Source: an uncultured Endomicrobiia bacterium (lineage in GTDB: Bacteria > Elusimicrobiota > Endomicrobiia > DTEH01). Taken from it: a DNA stretch of 64,000 bases. The position numbers were made by a program, and so were the translations under genes. The notes beneath the pieces are model-generated. The model was not told the DNA's origin, made no database searches, and saw nothing but the letters and a program-made list of their open reading frames with translations. Positions 61,056 to 64,000 of the stretch are shown here, in pieces (positions within the stretch are counted from its first letter, which is position 1; every line of letters starts with the position of its first letter). The stretch is from NCBI GenBank assembly GCA_937936785.1, contig CALDDQ010000015.1:189-64188 (forward strand). The letters are read 5' to 3'.

Positions 61056-62180
61056 ATGTTGGAAAACAAAATGGCACAAGATACTCATGCTGTAGAAGAC
61101 TTATATGACGAAATAAAATCCTATGGATTTAATATAGAGAGTATAGTTTCTGGAGATGTTTCTGCACCAAAAAATATTAAAGAAAAAGTTGACAAACTAA
61201 TTTCTTTAGACCAAAATTTTTATACAAAATTATTACAACAGTTTGTTTCAGAAGATTTTGAAGAAGAAGAAGCGAAACGTTTATGGTTTGAGATTTTGTC
61301 TCACAAATATTCAATTTCAGAAAAACTTGGACGAAATGTTGGACTAAAAGTTGCATTATTAGATTATTTAGAGAATATAAAAGGTATAATAAAATCATCA
61401 AAAATTATTGAAGAGGAAGAATTTATAAAAACATTAAAAATGGCTACAGTAGATCCTTTGACAGGTTTATATAATAGACAACATTTTTTTGAATTAGTTA
61501 GAACAAGAATTCGTCAGGTTAAACTTTACAGTATTGCATTTCTTGATCTTGATGGTTTTAAACTATATAATGATGCAGAAGGGCATCAGGCAGGTGATTT
61601 GATTTTACAAGAGTTTGCTTTTATGTTAAAAAATAGATTTGGTTCGGAAAATAATATTGTTGGAAGGTATGGGGGAGATGAGTTTATTGTTTGTATGTTA
61701 GGTTTAGGGAAAGAGAAATCTCAGCAACAAATGGATGAATTTAGAATTTTAGTACAAGAACAATTTTCTGCAGTGAAAATTACTGTTAGTATTGGAGTTT
61801 GCGAATATCCTAACGATGCAAAAGATTTATATGAACTTATTGCAAAATCAGACGAACTTTTGTATAGAGTGAAAGAATTTGGTGGTAACAAAGTTTTTAG
61901 GTTAAGAACCATAGTTTTTGATTATTATCCACAACCAAATCAAAAATCTAAAGAAGTTTCTGTAGTTGGTGATTTTAATAACTGGGATCGTAAGCAAGGT
62001 ATGATGGAGTTTGTTGAAAAAGAAAATAAATGGACAAAAAAGTTGTTACTTAAACCGGGCAATTATAGATATAAATTTTTAATAGATACAAACTTTTGGC
62101 AAGTGGACAAAAATTCAACTAAGTTTTCAGATGATGGTTTTGGTGGGCAGTGTTCTGTTTTAACAGTATTAGAAAAATAA
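61056..62180 (+). CDS. Diguanylate cyclase with N-terminal helical (DUF4032-like) domain and C-terminal CBM48/AMPK1-type glycogen-binding domain
   Basis: DPLTGLYNR, DLDGFK.YND..GH..GD, RYGGDEF; C-terminal VSVVGDFNNW...W.....L.PG.Y.YKF.ID..W..D..DGFGG..SVL. Confidence 0.85.
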   Translation: MLENKMAQDTHAVEDLYDEIKSYGFNIESIVSGDVSAPKNIKEKVDKLISLDQNFYTKLLQQFVSEDFEEEEAKRLWFEILSHKYSISEKLGRNVGLKVALLDYLENIKGIIKSSKIIEEEEFIKTLKMATVDPLTGLYNRQHFFELVRTRIRQVKLYSIAFLDLDGFKLYNDAEGHQAGDLILQEFAFMLKNRFGSENNIVGRYGGDEFIVCMLGLGKEKSQQQMDEFRILVQEQFSAVKITVSIGVCEYPNDAKDLYELIAKSDELLYRVKEFGGNKVFRLRTIVFDYYPQPNQKSKEVSVVGDFNNWDRKQGMMEFVEKENKWTKKLLLKPGNYRYKFLIDTNFWQVDKNSTKFSDDGFGGQCSVLTVLEK

Positions 62181-62213
62181 TAATATATTTTTAAAAATAG
62201 GGGGAATAAAAAG

Positions 62214-62396
62214 ATGTCTGAAATATTGGTAGTGGTAAGTAAAATAAAAAAAATGGTTAAAGAACAAGGATTAAGAACAGGAGAAGATTATATAACAAAT
62301 TTGTCTGCAAAAGTAGAAGGTATGATTAAACAATCAGTAGAAAAAGTAAAATCAGAAGGCAAGAAAAAAACTCTTGGAGCGGAAGATTTGTTGTAA
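62214..62396 (+). CDS. Bacterial histone-fold protein (Bd0055/HBb-like)
   Basis: 60 aa, basic; E.LVV.SK.KK..KE.G N-terminus and KTL.AED C-terminal histone-fold signature; SD AGGGGG. Confidence 0.85.
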   Translation: MSEILVVVSKIKKMVKEQGLRTGEDYITNLSAKVEGMIKQSVEKVKSEGKKKTLGAEDLL

Positions 62397-62426
62397 AGCA
62401 ATTTTTAGTGTTTAAAATAAAGTTTA

Positions 62427-62798
62427 GTGTTGCGGGTGAATAAATCATTAGGGTTGGGTGATATATTTTTAATTTTGTTTTTATTAGTATTTTCTGTTTA
62501 TAGCTACACATACATAACAAAATTTTTCATTTTGGTAGAAAATCTTCAACTAAAAATTTTTTCAGAAAAAAAAGAAGAAACTTTTCCGTTATTGAAAGAT
62601 TTTGAGATTTTAAGAAATGGTGTTAGAATAGTAGTTCAAGGAAGAAAAGTTTTTGTATTGGAATCAACCTGTCAAAATAAGAATTGTGTAAAGATGGGAA
62701 AGATTAGCAAAGCAGGACAGTTTATAATTTGTGCACCAAATAAAGTTGTAATAAAAATAGTTTCACAGAACTTACCTATAGATACTTTAGGATTCTAA
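62427..62798 (+). CDS. NusG domain II-containing (DUF1312-like) membrane-anchored protein
   Basis: GD plus TM; STCQNKNCVKMGKIS..GQ.IICAPNKV.I. Confidence 0.82.
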   Translation: MLRVNKSLGLGDIFLILFLLVFSVYSYTYITKFFILVENLQLKIFSEKKEETFPLLKDFEILRNGVRIVVQGRKVFVLESTCQNKNCVKMGKISKAGQFIICAPNKVVIKIVSQNLPIDTLGF

Positions 62799-62799
62799 A

Positions 62800-63876
62800 A
62801 TGCAAAATGAAAAAGAAGTTTTGGGTTATTATATTTCTATTGCTGCGTTGTTACAAATAATTGACAGTATGATTCCATATCCTGTTGTCGGAATAAAACT
62901 TGGGCTATCAAACATTGTGACATTGTTTGTTTTGAACATTTTTGGTATTGTTCCTGCAATAAAAGTTGCACTGTTACGTCCTATAGTAGCGGGAATAGTG
63001 ATTGGTAGTCTTGGTAATTCAATGTTTGTTATAAGTTTTTTTAGTTCAATTTTGTCAACAATTTTAATGGTTTTTGCATTTAGTTTATTTAAGAATATTT
63101 TTTCAAACATAGGAATAAGTATTATTGGTGCTGTAGGGCATAATCTGTCGCAATTAGTAATTGTGTATTTTATGTTCATATCAAATGAAACAGTATTTTT
63201 ATTAGTGCCAATTTTGATATTGATGGGAATAATATTTGGTTTTATAACTGGGTATCTTGTAAATGAAATAATTTCTATGGTGCCAAAAAATAAAAGTATA
63301 AAAAAAATATTTAATAAAGATACTATTGTAGAAAAATTAGATTCTTCAGTTTATGAAGGAAAATTATATTTTATACTTTTTTTTATAATAATATTAGCGA
63401 TAGTATTAGGATTTATCATTATAAAAGATATTAAGATGATAAGTTTTATATTTTTATTTTCTTTAATACTAAAAGGTGTAAATATGCTTTTTTTTGAAAA
63501 GATTAATTTGTTTAATAAAATTAATATAGTTAAAACAATAACACAAAATTCAAAATTAAAATTTTTTTTTGTAATGATGTTTGGGATATTTTTGATAAAT
63601 ATAATTTCTATATTTTTATACAAACACTCTTTTGAACAATCGCAGTCTATTCTAAAAAATGTTTTAATATCAATTTTGAAACTTACAACATTTATTTTGT
63701 TGTTGGAAGAATTGTTAAAATCAAAGTATTTGTATAATATATTAAAAAAGGTTCCAATGGTTTTTTATAGCATAAATCTGGTGAAACAAATTTTACCTGA
63801 AATAAAAATTGACAAAAAAATGGGTTTAAAATTTATATTAATAAAACTTTTAGTTAAAGATGTGTATCAAGATTAA
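62800..63876 (+). CDS. Gx transporter family protein with a C-terminal multi-TM extension
   Basis: IP.P..GIKLGLSNIV, LLR, S.IGISIIGAVGHN..QL; about 190 extra hydrophobic residues. Confidence 0.75.
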   Translation: MQNEKEVLGYYISIAALLQIIDSMIPYPVVGIKLGLSNIVTLFVLNIFGIVPAIKVALLRPIVAGIVIGSLGNSMFVISFFSSILSTILMVFAFSLFKNIFSNIGISIIGAVGHNLSQLVIVYFMFISNETVFLLVPILILMGIIFGFITGYLVNEIISMVPKNKSIKKIFNKDTIVEKLDSSVYEGKLYFILFFIIILAIVLGFIIIKDIKMISFIFLFSLILKGVNMLFFEKINLFNKINIVKTITQNSKLKFFFVMMFGIFLINIISIFLYKHSFEQSQSILKNVLISILKLTTFILLLEELLKSKYLYNILKKVPMVFYSINLVKQILPEIKIDKKMGLKFILIKLLVKDVYQD

Positions 63877-63898
63877 TAAATTTTTTTGATTTATGAAT

Positions 63899-63927
63899 TT
63901 GTAAGTTTTTGTCAATTAAAATATAAT
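63899..63927 (+). promoter_or_regulatory. Candidate sigma70 promoter for the next gene beyond the window
   Basis: TTGTAA-17bp-TATAAT. Confidence 0.5.
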
Positions 63928-64000
63928 CAAAGGTGTCTGTTTTTTTTTGTATTTCGTTGATTTGATTTAAATCATTGCCTATAACAAAAATTGCAGTTGA

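Overview
Gene-dense, very AT-rich core chromosome segment of a diderm bacterium (TolC, Pal, secretin and LptD-like genes present). The gene content suggests Elusimicrobiota, but that is inference only. About 63 CDS, almost all on the + strand, plus tRNA-Cys(GCA) and tRNA-Arg(UCG). No transposase, prophage, CRISPR array or rRNA was seen. Main blocks: TetR-TolC-MFP-RND efflux; scattered arg/his/pyr/pur genes; xerD; a hinT-rpsU-NIF3-dnaG-rpoD-rplT-trk-pheST run; an orphan malonate decarboxylase alpha subunit; pal-cpoB-tolA-tolB-degP; a LysM-FecR protein with a sensor kinase; pilMNOPQ followed by glycosylation and LptD-like genes; and an nrdR operon. Most notable: (1) a 60-aa bacterial histone of the Bdellovibrio Bd0055/HBb type at 62214-62396, directly downstream of a diguanylate cyclase fused to a glycogen-binding CBM48-like domain; (2) candidate sigma70 promoters with exact 17-bp spacing that mostly lack the normally conserved T at -7, alongside an RpoD with substitutions in regions 1.2/2.1/2.3; (3) a Pal whose peptidoglycan-binding DER motif has become CEC; (4) rplT without rpmI/infC. 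All family calls are by-eye motif recognition; no database searches were run.
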